From Callorhinchus milii (taxonomy: Eukaryota), in NCBI RefSeq assembly GCF_018977255.1, contig NW_024704742.1, positions 20,400,001 to 20,464,000 on the forward strand: a DNA stretch of 64,000 nucleotides, in the 5' to 3' direction. The notes beneath the pieces are model-generated. The model did no database searches and had not been told where the DNA came from. It saw nothing but the letters and a program-made list of their open reading frames with translations. A program made the translations under genes and the position numbers. Each line of letters begins with the position of its first letter. The first letter of the stretch is position 1. Below are positions 1 to 12,950 of the stretch, one piece after another.

Positions 1-1054
1 GAATGAAAATTTCATTGTGGTGGTGGTGGGGGATGAATGAATGCTGAACATCAGTCTGCAGGGAGCTTTGTTGTTCATAGATATTTGCTGGCACATATAG
101 ATATTGCATTTATCTACATAATTTTCAATTAATTTCTGATTAATCTCATTCTTCTGTAAGGCACTTTGAGACTTTTTTTAACATGAAAGGAAGTATATAA
201 ATGTAAATTGTGGTTGAGTGATGGGATTCATAAACGTTTTATGTTCATGGACAACTTCCTGCTACATAGCTAAGCTCCTGAAATCGTCAAACCATCTGCT
301 TCAATTGATACAACATTTGGAGATTTTCCCAGTTAATATGTTAATCAAAAGAAAACAAGAGGCTATTCCCCTCTGGAAAATTTTTCTATTTGCAATTGAT
401 CCTCCCCAGAACTTTCCTCACAACTTTTCTCATTATTAAATTATTATAGCTCCAAGGTTTGCTCTACTAAAGTCATTGCACAGTTGCATTATTATTAGCT
501 TTTACCTTAATTATATCAAATCTAACCTCAGTATACAGTGATTGCCAGAACCCAAATATTCTATAGCCCTGTACAGTTTTGAATCCAGGATAGGAAAATA
601 CAATGAATGTTTTATCTTTTAAGTGAGAGTTTCGGCTGTCCCCTTCCATTATATACTAAAAAGGAAGTTAACTTAATTTTACAGGCATCAAGTCAGTACT
701 GAGAAATATGCAGGAATGTTATATAGATACGAGCATTTTGGTACAAAAATTACATTGAATTCAACATTGTTTTTTCAACAGACTCTGAAAGACTCAGGAA
801 TAGGATTATAATGGTAGGTACTTTGATGGTGATTATTTTTTTGTCAGCCAGGTGACAAAAAATGCAGAAACCAATCACCATGCAATCAGGGTTGTTGCTT
901 TTTAAAGCACAGACTAAAGAGCACAGAGCAGTATGGAGAATCCAGGCCTTGTAAACGAAAATGACCCATAATGTGATTTACTGTAGAAACAATAGTGATT
1001 TACTAAAAACCTTGCTATCATAAAGAACACAATCTGGTAACTCAAAACTGGTTT

Positions 1055-1497
1055 GTGTTAGCCTGGCTGACTAGTAGCATTCTCGCCTGAGTGGGAAGGT
1101 TGTGGGTTCAAGCTTTACACTGGGACATGGAACCACATAGTCTAAGCTGACACTCCAATGCAGTGTTGGGGCTCCAATGTGTTGCATTATCAGAGGTGAC
1201 ATCCTTCAGTTGATACTTTAAACCGAAATCCCGTCTGCTTGTTCAGGTAGACATTAAAGATCCCATGCTGCTATTTGAAAAGAGAAGGGAGTTTCTCCCG
1301 GAATCCTAGACAACAATACCCCAAATAAAATTGGTGACTCATTCTATGGCTTTTTGTAAGACATTGCTGTCTGTAACCCGGTACCGCCCTTTGCCCATAA
1401 AATATACAGTCAATCCATTTTATAGTATATCCTATGAAGTGCTTGGGGAGATCTTGACAACCTGATAAGGCGCTATATCGAAAGCAAGGATTATTAT
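1055..1497 (+). mobile_element. SINE family B (tRNA-derived, DeuSINE/SacSINE1-like), near full length
   Basis: Head AGCCTGGCT..TAGCATTCTCGCC..GGTTGTGGGTTCAAG; central AAAGATCCCATG..GAAAAGAGAAGGGAGTTTCTCCC; tail GCGCTATATCGAAAGCAAGGATTATT; many homologous copies in window. Confidence 0.8.
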
Positions 1498-2335
1498 TCA
1501 TTAAAGTTCCTATGATACAGCCCATTAACTTCAATGTGGTCACTGGAAATGCAGCTGACATTACCTCAGTAGCACGTTACTTCAACAGCGATAGAAAAAA
1601 ACACAAAGTGCAAAAGGTAACGGTATTTTTTCTTGTAAAGCTTTTCATCATTATATGCATGGACGTATTAAAACTGCTTGGTGAATTTAATGCAATAATC
1701 CAGTCCTGGTGTTCAAATGAACAGTATAAACTCCTTAAGCTTCTCAGGTGCTTTACAATGTCATCTGGACATTCGATTATGCTTCTTGTGATTCATAATC
1801 CTCTAACTACTCAGGAACTATCTACTGTTGTACTTTCAGTAAATAATACTTTCAATCTGTAATGTTTTCAAATATTCAAATAGGAAATATTTCATTCCAT
1901 CACATTGTGTTATCTGAAATCAGCATTCAGTACGGCTACATGGAAATTGCAATAATGTATATAGTACAATGAATTCTGGGGAGAATTGTAATTTTAGGAT
2001 TATTTATTTAATGTATTGCACCACTACAATCCTAAAAAGATGAATGTAAATTTTTGTCTTGCCTCTAGAATACTGTGTGGTTTTAAAAAAAATTAAAATG
2101 TAATTTTCGTTCCATTTGAAATATTAGAGATAGCCAGCATCTTGGTAAAGTAGAATTTAATGACACCTTTTCCATCTGGTATAATAAATGCATTTAAATC
2201 TTTCAGAATTTCAAGATGTAAGTCATTGAAGACTGAAACAGGAATTGAAATACTTCCACCATGATGCCATAATTTGAAGCTATCTTGACAAATGTTCAGG
2301 ACCTAACATTGGGCAATAGGTTTCTGATATCCTTT

Positions 2336-2718
2336 ATAATAATAATAATCCTTGCATTTGATAGAGCGCCTTATCACGTCTTCGAGACGTCTCAAAGCGC
2401 TTCACAGAAGGTACTGTAAAGTAAATTGACTGTATATTTTGTGATCGAAACGCGGCAGCCAATTGCGCACAGCAGTGTCCCACAAACAGTCGTGGCTTGA
2501 GTGACCAATTTATTATTTTTTTTTGTAGGATTTATTATCTCCAGAAAAGCGATCCATGAATCGACTAACAATCGGGTTCCTACTTATTGCTAGGTAAACA
2601 GAGGCGTGTGGTGTCAGGAAACTTGCTCAACGTTTCGCCCTGCCAGGAATCAAACCCAGATCTTCACGCTTTGCGAGCCGAGTGCTCTAGTGCTCTAACC
2701 ACTGAGCTACAGGCCTCC
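2336..2718 (-). mobile_element. SINE family A, long form (tRNA-Ala head, central domain, shared Deu-like domain, L2-type tail)
   Basis: Reverse complement starts GGAGGCCTGTAGCTCAGTGGTTAG (box A), has box B GTTTGATTCC and ends ATCAAATGCAAGG(ATT)n. Confidence 0.9.
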
Positions 2719-3229
2719 ATTTTAGTTGTAGTTTTACTTTATGTAAATGTAGCATTGGTTGCACAAGAAACACATTTGACCAAGAAGAGGAGAAAAAAAC
2801 TGATCAGATTTGACAAGTTAACATTGTTCCATTATTAAATGCAATCTAAAGGCACTTTGATTCTTAATAAAACATTTAGCAAATTAACATTTGTAATACT
2901 GAAAGTTAGAGGCTTAAAGGAGTATGGGGTAAGGCAAGGCAGTGGGATTAAAAAAAATCTACTGCAGAGTCTTGGGGCCAAATGGACACATTGTGTCTTG
3001 TAAATATATCTGGCTATATTCTGTCCTTTCACCACCTAACTTATTCAATCCTTCAAGGCCACCAATTTGCCTCACCTCATTTTTTCTCTCATCATTTTGG
3101 TACAAGTCGCTACACTACATTTACTTGAATCATTTGCTTGAATCATGTCTAAGTAGGAAGCTTGTATTACATAACACCACCCAAACAGATTTAAACACCA
3201 TCTGCAAGCCATCATAAAACATGTAAAAA

Positions 3230-3325
3230 AAAATAATTCACTTTACAGTATATTCTGTGAAGCGCTTTGGGATATCTCAACGATGTAATAAGGCGCTGTA
3301 TCAAATGCAAGGATCATTAATAATA
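3230..3325 (+). mobile_element. SINE A 3' fragment
   Basis: TTCACTTTACAGTATATTCTGTGAAGCGCTTTGG..ATCAAATGCAAGGAT. Confidence 0.8.
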
Positions 3326-4049
3326 AAATTAGGATATTCTAGCCTGTTTGTGAATCCCAGACTGACATTTTATTCCTGTAAAATGGACTTCAAATATCTT
3401 GATAATTGTATTTCAAGTACTCATCCTTTATTCTGGTAGAGGTTTTTTTTAAAAAGTCAACACACATTCTTTTTCTGATGTTCTTTGATGCTAATGATTG
3501 CAATTTGAACAAAAGATACCCGGGGATAGTTGTTTTCAAAGAGCAGATCCCTGGATTAACACATATATTTTAGTAAGAGTTAATGGATAGCACAAAAGTC
3601 TTGCCTGTAATAACTGGAGCCAGATGGCTAGTGGATTTTAGGGCTTGTTGAACTCATCTGGTAATTACTGCACACGTCACATGCAATCTCAACCTTCTGC
3701 AGCAACTCAGTATGTCACTCCATGATTAAAAGCCAAAGGAAGGATCCACAAATTTCCAACACATAGTCAAAGATCCATATATCATTTCTCATAATTATAT
3801 CACTGAAACCTCAGGCTTTACTAATGAAAGCTCACCCAGCGCAGTCCCATTTACAACTCTGCCAAGAAAAACAGAGCTGCAGCAGGAGCCTTGGTTAATG
3901 CAATCCATAGAATTCCAGCACCTTGGACTAGTTTCATGTAAGGCATTTATCAAGGAGCAATCTTCAGGTGTAACCTACATTGCATATAAACTCATTAGAA
4001 ATTATTTGTGACTAATAGTAACTAGTCTAAGGGGAGGGAGAGGAAAGAG

Positions 4050-4455
4050 GTAAGTAGGATCTTCTTGGTGCTGAGTTGGCTCCAAAGTGAAGTGCTTGGC
4101 AACAGAATGTTTGAGTCAATTCTGTGTGGTGGTCACAGCACTCCAGTTCCTGTGCCAAGTGGGTCTCCAGTACTCCGGAGGTCTGTTGATGACAGACCAG
4201 CCATCAGCACGACTTGGAGGGGCAGACTGGTCAGTGGGGACAGGGATTCTTCCCACTCAATTCCTTTAACCCCACAGGCCAGAGCTCTAATGGATAAGGT
4301 GGTACAAGCTGGACAAGCAGTTGGACAGTGCTCTCATTGGCAAGCCTTAGAGTTTTGTCTGGTTGAACCGATAAAGTCAGCCTAGAGATCCTGATCTGTA
4401 TGGCACAATACCAGACCGCACAATGCATTACCCACTGAGCTCTCCAGAGAGCCAA
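4050..4455 (-). mobile_element. Possible ancient tRNA-headed SINE relic
   Basis: Reverse complement begins GGCTCTCTGGAGAGCTCAGTGGGTAATG (box A-like); GC-richer than flanks; body not assignable. Confidence 0.35.
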
Positions 4456-4551
4456 AGTCATGTTGATTTTTATCCTGTAGTAAAATGAGCAAACAGTGAT
4501 GATTTGAACACAGAAGGCATTGCAATGTGAATACTACATTTTATAAACAAC

Positions 4552-4810
4552 TATAGCAACTTGTTTTTATATGGCGCCTTTCACATATGGTAACTGACTT
4601 AAAATGCTTTCTAGAAACAGTACTGGACACCAAACAGAGAAGGTTTGGAAGGGGGGAAATTGACTGTAAGCACAGTTGAGAGTAGGTTTTCAGAAGGCTT
4701 TTAAAGAAACCTAGAGAAGTGGCGTGGTGGGAAGCATTAGGGATGGAGTTCCAGACGGTATGAGAAAAGTTGCTAAAGGTTCGGCCACCAATGGTGGGAA
4801 GCAGTGGAGC
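4552..4810 (-). mobile_element. Old L2 LINE 3' fragment
   Basis: Matches the tail/3' end of the L2 at 12951 (GGGATGGAGTTCCAG, CCACCAATGGTGGG). Confidence 0.7.
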
Positions 4811-6544
4811 CTGGTGAAGATTTCACGCAAAAAGATTACAAGCTTTTAAACTGAACCAAATTAAGTACAAGACTCACTCGTGCAGTTTTGATTTTATTTA
4901 TCTGTGTGGAAATACACTTGACCATACACCATGGTATAAAGAAAGCACAAGCAAATTTCTTGCAGCTTGTGCACATTAAAGTTTCTTAGCACTATTATTG
5001 AGTAGAAACTATAAGGTGAGATTTACCTTTCAGTGCAGATTATCTGTTCAGATGCAGCTATCTGCAAAGATTTATGTCAGCAGCAATGTCCAAGTCAATT
5101 TACAATTGGTGCATCTAACCTAGAGTGAGTTAAATGGCAGTAATTCGATCAGGCAATGCTGAATTGCAATAAGCCACAAGCGTAAAACTCGATCAGTTTA
5201 TGAATATCAGCAGAATTGCAGAGTTGAATTCTGATTTTACAATAATTCCACAGACAGATAGTTGTTATTCTTCATGGCCTAAATGGTTTCTCTGTGACTT
5301 TTCACATTTTAAAAGAAATATTGTAGAGTAGTCACCTGAATGAGATGGAATCAGTGGTCCAAGGTTGAAACGGTAATAAAAATGAGTGATGAGATGCTAC
5401 ACTTCAATTCCTTAGCTGTAACGTTACACTGAAAAGTTTTTCAGTAACATTCCTGGGAAACATACTCTATTTGGCTTTCATTATTGTGAGCCAAAACCAT
5501 CCACTCCAATTCCTTCTTTCCTTTCAATTTATTTTGTTAAGAGAGAATTAAACTGGATTTTGGAAAATATCACAGAAAGTATAGTGTTAAGTCCACACGT
5601 CGTCTATTACATACAGATAATGGACAGTTAGTGATGTATTACACAAATACACATTGACTTGTTTCAAAGTTTCCTAGTAATTACAGCACAGAAGGGGGTC
5701 ATTTAGTCCATCATGTTGGTGCCTTTACCCGAACCAATTGATAAAATCCCTGTACCCTGCTCTTTTATTTGGATTCAGTTCATAAATATGAACTGCAAAC
5801 CATTTAAGTGCTATGATTTATTTTGCACACATCCAATATTTCTGTCTGTTTAAAGAAAACAAAGTATACCATGTGTGGAACAAACTCATATAAAACGTTC
5901 ACTCCCTACTCTCTTTCTCTCTCTCCTCATTTTATGAAACAACAGAAACAAAACAAAATATCATATTTCAACAAATATTTTACTCACACATTTCCAATGC
6001 AATTTACAAGCTGCCATTTGCAACTTACACCAAGGTGCCAGCAGTGAAAATAACTGAAAAATTATACAAAAACAAAACTCGCAATGTATGAAAACCAGAA
6101 TGTAATCAACAGTTGTTATGACGCAGTCATTCATCAAAGCCAAGGTCCTTAACATTGTCTGTCAGGACCAACTCCATCCATTCCTCAGCAGACTCCTCTT
6201 CACTGGATTCACAGTCAAATCCAGCCTCTGAATCCCTTCACACAATGAAGTATAATGGACGTGTTATTCTCTCAAAATAAATCAGATAAGCAGCCTGTTT
6301 GGCGTGTTCTGCCAATGGTTTACCAGCACCAAGCCTGCAACCAGTCTGTTCTCTCTGGAGACAGGTGGTGCTTTCATGGTGGTGTTCACTTGCATGTCGT
6401 TAAACTAAATGAATTGACCATTCGTTTCACGGCAGTTTCTTGAACATTGCTATGTGCAAATTGGCTGCCATGTTTGGCTACAAAATAAATAATCACTCAC
6501 TTTTACAGGAATCCCCTGTGAAATGTTTTAACCATGCTATTATT

Positions 6545-6915
6545 ATAATAATAATAATTCTTGCATTTGATATAACACCTTATCACATCTTCGAGACGTC
6601 TCAAAGCGCTTCATAGAACATACTGTAAAGTGAATTGACTGTATATTCTGTTGGTGAAGCGAGGCACCCAATGCAATACAGCAGTGTCTCACAAACAGTC
6701 GTGCATTGAAGTGACCAATTTATTATTTTTTTGAAGGAATTATTAACCCTGGAAAAGTGATCCGCTGGTTGACTAACAACCGGGTTCCTATTTACTATTA
6801 GGTAAACAGAGGCGTGTGGTGTAAGGAAACTTGCCCAACATTTCGCCCTGCTGGGAATCAAACTCAGGTTTATCGTTTCCCGGCAAGTGCTCTAACCACT
6901 GAGCTACAGGATTCC
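6545..6915 (-). mobile_element. SINE A, long form
   Basis: Collinear with the 2336-2718 copy, from (AAT)n tail to CTGAGCTACAGGATTCC. Confidence 0.9.
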
Positions 6916-7639
6916 ACTATTGGTGGAGTGTCAAATACAGGGATTGTTATTTCTGTGTTATTGTCATAAACTTTCCAATTGGGTAATTGTGTAAACATTT
7001 AGCTTCAGCCAATGAGCCTACAAAGTGCTGACTGGTTTAAAAAGGCCTCTCAGCATTCCTTATAGTTGTAGAGTTATGTAGAGCCGGGTGGATAATAGTC
7101 AGAGAGGCTCACAGATTGAGTGTTCAATATCAGGGTGCCCCTGTTCAGGCAGCCTCTTCTCAGAACAGGAGAGAAGGGTGCACCTGCTTAGGGAACCACC
7201 AACAACCAATGATGGAGAGGGTGACAGGAAGACAACACTGTGAAAGTCCCAGGAAGAGCGCAAAGGAGTGTAGGAAAGAAAGAAGCGACCAGAGGAGAAG
7301 AATCAAAGTAAATGGCTGTAAGGCTAATTTGTTCATTCTGAAAATGGAACAGTTTTTGGTCATGCACCTTCTTTTCACAGAGAAAATAACAAGCTTTTTT
7401 TTAATGTGTGCGTTAGCTGTACATTGTGCCCTGTTTCACACAGGATATTTGTGTATTCCAAGGTAACATTTCTCATTCGTTTTATTGATGTTGCTAAGCC
7501 ATTGGCAAGGTGGGCACAATTGTAATTCTATGTTTTTCTTTCTTTGCTCCTATGTAACTGAACACCTCAAGTGGCTGTGAGAAACGTAACTTGTTTTTCC
7601 AGAATCTCGTACAGTTTCGTAGAATTAACTGTTCACCAC

Positions 7640-7970
7640 GACAACAACAAAAACAACAAGTTGCATTTATATAATGCCCTTCATACAGGTAGCATCTCGG
7701 AGTACTTAAGAGCTAACAGCACAGTAAAGCTAACAGTCTGTTCATTCCAAAATACAACAGCACAGCAGCTGGTATTATTATCAGCTCAGACTTACACCAG
7801 GTGGCTGAAAGCTCATCCACGATGAAGAGGGACGTGGGCCAGGATTAAGTTAGCATAACAAAGAGAGTAGGTGGGGCAGTAGATCTGCAGAGGATCACAG
7901 AATTAGCATAGAGCAAGAGTGTGGAGGCATTTGATAGTTAGAAAGAGAATTTTAAAGCCAATTCTGAATA
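7640..7970 (-). mobile_element. Old L2 3' fragment
   Basis: (CAA)n then GTTGCATTTATATAATGCCCTTCA tail; degraded similarity to L2 3' end. Confidence 0.5.
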
Positions 7971-8083
7971 GAAAAGCTAAATAGAAAACTGTAATTGTAA
8001 GGAAACATATTAAAATTGTTAATACATTAACTGCGGTGTAATGGACCACCATTATGGACCATCATTAAATCTGGTACTTGTAT

Positions 8084-8452
8084 AGTCGTGTAGCTTAGTG
8101 GTTAGAACACTTGCCTCACAAGCGAAAGGGCCTGGGTTTGATTCCCAGATAGGGCAAAACATTTCCCTATTCCACATGCCTTTGTTTACCGAGCAGTAAG
8201 TAGGAACCTGGTTGTTAGTCGATTAGCGGATCGCTTTTCCGGGGGTAATAATCCCTTCAAAAAACATATATTAACAATAATAATTTGGTCACTCAATCCA
8301 CGACTGTTTGTAGGACATTGCTGTGCGCAATTGGCTACTGCATTTCGCCCAGAAAATGTACAGTCAATTCACTTTACAGTATATTCTGTGAAGCAATATG
8401 AGACATCTTGAAGGCTTGATAAGGCGCTATATAAAATACAAGGTTTACTGTT
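8084..8452 (+). mobile_element. SINE A, long form
   Basis: GTAGCTTAGTGGTTAG..GGGTTTGATTCC..GTAGGAACCTGGTTGTTAGTCG..GATAAGGCGCTATA. Confidence 0.88.
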
Positions 8453-11400
8453 ATAAAAAATGGGAGTGAAGTCATTGTAGAAAGCATTTCATCCATTGTG
8501 CTTCAACTTTCACACTGTTTCATTGTATACTCTATATGACTCTACAGAATGGATTACTTTCCACTGGCTGATCAAGTAATGCAAGTTATACAATGTTCCA
8601 TTGTTTATTTCCCTAACCTGCTTGTGTACATCAATATAATTTGGAGTGTTTCATTTTCATCTTCTGGTTATAACCAATTCATGTACTGACATAAAGTCTG
8701 TAGGCACAGCAGAAACTCCTCTCATGTAATGCCAATTTGCAAATGTGCAGCATAGGAAACAAAGGACCAATTTTGTAGTTTGTATAGTTTGAAATAATAT
8801 TCAATTTGTGCATCCTCACTTTGTTTAAATTGACTTGCCCGGTTCACTGTCAACAATCTTAACAATATCCACTTACATTTATACAGTTTCTTTCATGCAA
8901 AAGAGTTCGCAAAGCGCTGTGCCAATGCGATTAATTAGAAGTGAAGTGAATGTTGTTGTGGAGGCAAAAAGCATCAGGCAATTTGCATGAACAACATCCA
9001 ACAAAAGAAAAAAAGAGATGGAAAGCCACTTAATCAGAATGTTTGAGGTGAGGCTGGATGAGGAGGGAATATAAACCAAGATAATTGGGAGGAAAATTCC
9101 ACTTTTCTTTCAAATAGCAATAGGAGTGTGGGAGAGAGAGGGGGAAGAGGGTTAAAGCATCCACTTGAAGTTAGACAGGATATAAATTAATGATTGAATG
9201 AAAAAACAAGGGCAATCTGGATATAAATAACTTAACAATAAACTTGTATTTAATATACATATTGTTGTTATGTGGGCAAAGTCCTGTTGTTAAACAATCT
9301 GATGGAATCTCTGAGTTGTTGTTGTATACATATGAGCTGATTGCTTTCATCATCATTATTTGCAATGTTTTCATTTAGAATAGACTATGAACTTTCCAGG
9401 TACAATAGTTATAAACTACACATCTTATATATGTTGCTTAGTCAGACATTGGCCTTAAAACTCTCTTTAGCTTAATATACTCCTGAACAGTGCCCATGCT
9501 ATATGTTATTTTCCTGAATTGTGCTGTCAGTGATGTTTCCTAATTATCAAAGCAAATGACTTATCTGAAGGGTAATAATGTGCCATTGGAATACCATATT
9601 ACAGATTTCCAGCACTCGCTCAGAGTAAAATAAATGACAGGTTAGTCACCAGTGTGTTATTTCTTCTCTGGCAACTTTATGTCAACAAGGTTATTGAGAC
9701 AAAATGGGATCAGTCATGTGTTGATGTCCGAAACAGTTTCTTCTTATTACATTAGATCTTCTTTGTAACCTATGATGACCAACCGAAATTACACAAGTAA
9801 TGCTGTTCATACATATTAAATTCTTGTTGTGTTTGATGACACCCTGCCATGTTCTAGAATGGGTTAGATCTAGGAGCTGCAGCTATGCACATGCTTCTTT
9901 TCCCTGTGGTGTGATACAAGTACAACAGATGTGACTGGATTGCCACACTATTAGTCACTGTAATTAACCTTGGACAGCAAGCCAGACAGACAAGACCGCA
10001 CAATTTGAAAAAACACGTTACTGTAACTTTGTTACAATTGAACATAAAGAAAATTCTGTTTTCATAGATTAACCTCTAAAGTTTTTGTGCTTAGATTTTA
10101 TTTTTGAAATGTTTCTGTAAATGTAAATAAACAGATACAGATCTATTAAATGGCATTTCTCAGCGTGGCTCAATACTTTTGCCTCTCATGAGAAGCCTGT
10201 GTCTCCTACTCCACATTGAAGATCTCATGGCACAAGAAGAAGAGCAGGGAGTGTCATAGCGAACAATCCACCAGATTTTTTTAAAAATAGTCATTCATTT
10301 CATGGCTATTTGTGGAATGTTGCTGTTAAAAATTGGCTTCTGCATTCAACCACAAAAATACAAAGTCACTACACTTTACAGAAAACTCTGCAAAGCGTTT
10401 ACAAGATTTAGAATTGATAAGTCACTATATTAAATATGAGGTTCATGGTAATGATTGTGGTTACCAGGATTAAACAAAAGAATGTATCCCATCGGTGATC
10501 TAAATGTCCAGAAGTGAAAACCCAGACACAGGCTATAGCAGATTGGCAACAGAACCAAGAGATCCCATTTAGTAAATGTAACTTTTGTATTATAATACCT
10601 TCAAAAATGCAGTCGCTGGATGACAGTAAAGCCTGTGAATCATTTTGGACATCCTCCTGACTAGAAAGGCACGATATCAAATGCAAGGATTATTATGGAT
10701 GTGTGTGGATTATGTTACCTGTGCTCAATGACTGCCATGATTAAATCAAGTGAGTTGATTTCCGCTGCGGTAAATGTGAATGGATTTTAAAAGAGTTTAC
10801 TGAATTTAGTGTCATCTTATTCCTGTTATTTTTCTTCCAGTATTCATTTCACCAGTGTAATACAATTATTATTTCCTATCCCCCTTCCCTCCACCTTGTC
10901 AATATTCGCCCTTGCCAATTCTCCTAAAGATATTTTCAATTATTAATCCCTCAGGCCTGTTGTATTGCCTCAGCTCCTGAAATTATTGTGTTTTAATTCA
11001 GTTAAACACAATGGTCGTAAAATGATTTTTTAGATAGAAAATGTTGGGATCGAATCCATAAATGTATGCGTGCGTGAAACAAGAAACAGAAAGAATAAAC
11101 TGTTGGTACAATGTCAATCTGAAAGGTTGGAAATGGTTGGCTGAATGGAGTTTTGCTTGCTTTTGTTCACACTGCTTAACACAAAGCATTTTGTGGAAAT
11201 AATTCTCCAAGTGCTGGAAGATATCTGTTCTGAAACAGCACCACGGCTATCTTCAAATTGCTCTTTTCTTCCTCAAAATCCAAACAATCAGTGCATTCAT
11301 GATAACGGTGATCTTGAGATACAACCTGAAATTTCTGCTCGTTTCACATGGGCACACTTCACCATTACTCCAGTGATTCTGTTGTCCATGCACAGAGTGT

Positions 11401-12039
11401 TGTGTCAATAACCAAATTGAATCTCTTCCCATTTGTTGTCTTTTCTATCCTTTCTACCTCCGCACAGCTATACATCAGATCAATGTGACGTGACAATCTC
11501 AGCTGCATTATAAAGAGGTCAGATATTCCAATCTTAAGAGATTAACTGGACATGCCTTTCCTCTAACACTTGACTGCTCTAGAAATAATTTCCTGTTACT
11601 TGACTGACACCTCACAAGGCAACACACAAGAGGCTTGGATGAAGAAGACCCTGTGGCCAATTTGATGTCATCCTTCAAGAATATCAACCTGACCATCTTC
11701 CCATTATAGCAGCAAGCTATGATTAAAAATAGTTCAGTGTCTTAACATCTATCAGCCTTCCTGTTAACCCGTTCTAACTATTTATTAGCTACTGTGAAAA
11801 TAAATACTTCCCGGTATTACACAGAATAAGTCGCACAGAAACAGGCAATGCCACCCAACTAGTCTGTGCTGGTGTTTATACTCCACACGAGTGTGCATCT
11901 CTCTTATTTCTTTCTACTACACTAATCTTTCTCATGCATGCATCAAGTTTCCTCCTTAATACATTGATGTCTTTTCAGTGTAACTGTGGTAGCATTGTTT
12001 ACTTCATTCCAATATATCTGCTCTGCAGCAAATGAAATT

Positions 12040-12407
12040 AATAATATTTTTTGCATTTGATATAGTGTATTGTATATCGGGAGGAAGTCTCAAAGTAGTT
12101 TGGATGCAAACAAGGCAATCAATTTGCACATAGCAATATCCCAGAAACAGCGATGAAATGAATGACCAATTTATTTCAGGAATTCCCTTCTCTTTTCGAG
12201 TAATGCCTTGGGATCATTAACAGACTGATGGGGCCTCGATTTAATGTCTCATCCAAAGGGCGGCACCTTGAGCAATCCAGCCACTCCCTCAGTAGTGCAT
12301 TGGAGTTTCAGTCAAGACTATCTGAGTTCAAAGTCGTAACATTGGGCTTGAACCAAAAACCTTTTGACTCAGAGGCAAGAGTCCTACGAATTGAGCTAGA
12401 CTGATAC
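12040..12407 (-). mobile_element. SINE B
   Basis: TTGCATTTGATATAG tail to GACTCAGAGGCAAGAG..TGAGCTAGACTGA head (reverse complement). Confidence 0.8.
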
Positions 12408-12950
12408 ATCAGCTTGGCATCAAACAGAATTAAACATTTATAAATAGCGTCGCTTTTTAAGGTGACTTTTATTTTTTTTTTAAAAAATTACACAACACAT
12501 CCTGCCGTAGAGAAAAAAAATTGTATTAATATTGGGTACCTTGCTGTAGATCATGAATTTATATTAAGCGTTTTTACCTATTACAGGTATTTCTATTGAG
12601 GAGGCTGACGAGGAGTTCTTGCAACCTGTGGAGTTTATTCTCTCATTTGCTTTCTCTTTTCTTAACCAATTAAGACTCCTAAAAAGATTAATGACCTAAC
12701 TCAGAATCTCTGGCAGCCGACAGTGATTTCCAAACATTGCTTTTTCATCAGAAGAACAGCCAATTAGAGTTCACTGTGATGAATCGGCTTCTACAAATGT
12801 TGGCACGCTGTTTGCCACTGTGGTGAGTGATTGTTGATGTTAAAAAAGCCTACAGGTTTTTCAGTCAGCGGCAAAATGTAAAAACTGCATTAAGACATAT
12901 TGCTTTAACACTAGAGCTCAGATATTCAAACAGCTTCTGTCCTTCAGTGT

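Noticed and set aside
8905..9125. Similarity to 32340-32530 as a special duplication
   Set aside because: Both look like old minus-strand copies of a SINE B-related family
12700..12760. Minus-strand CUGAUGA..GAAA hammerhead-like motif
   Set aside because: Stem II is misregistered and there is no convincing stem I; likely chance
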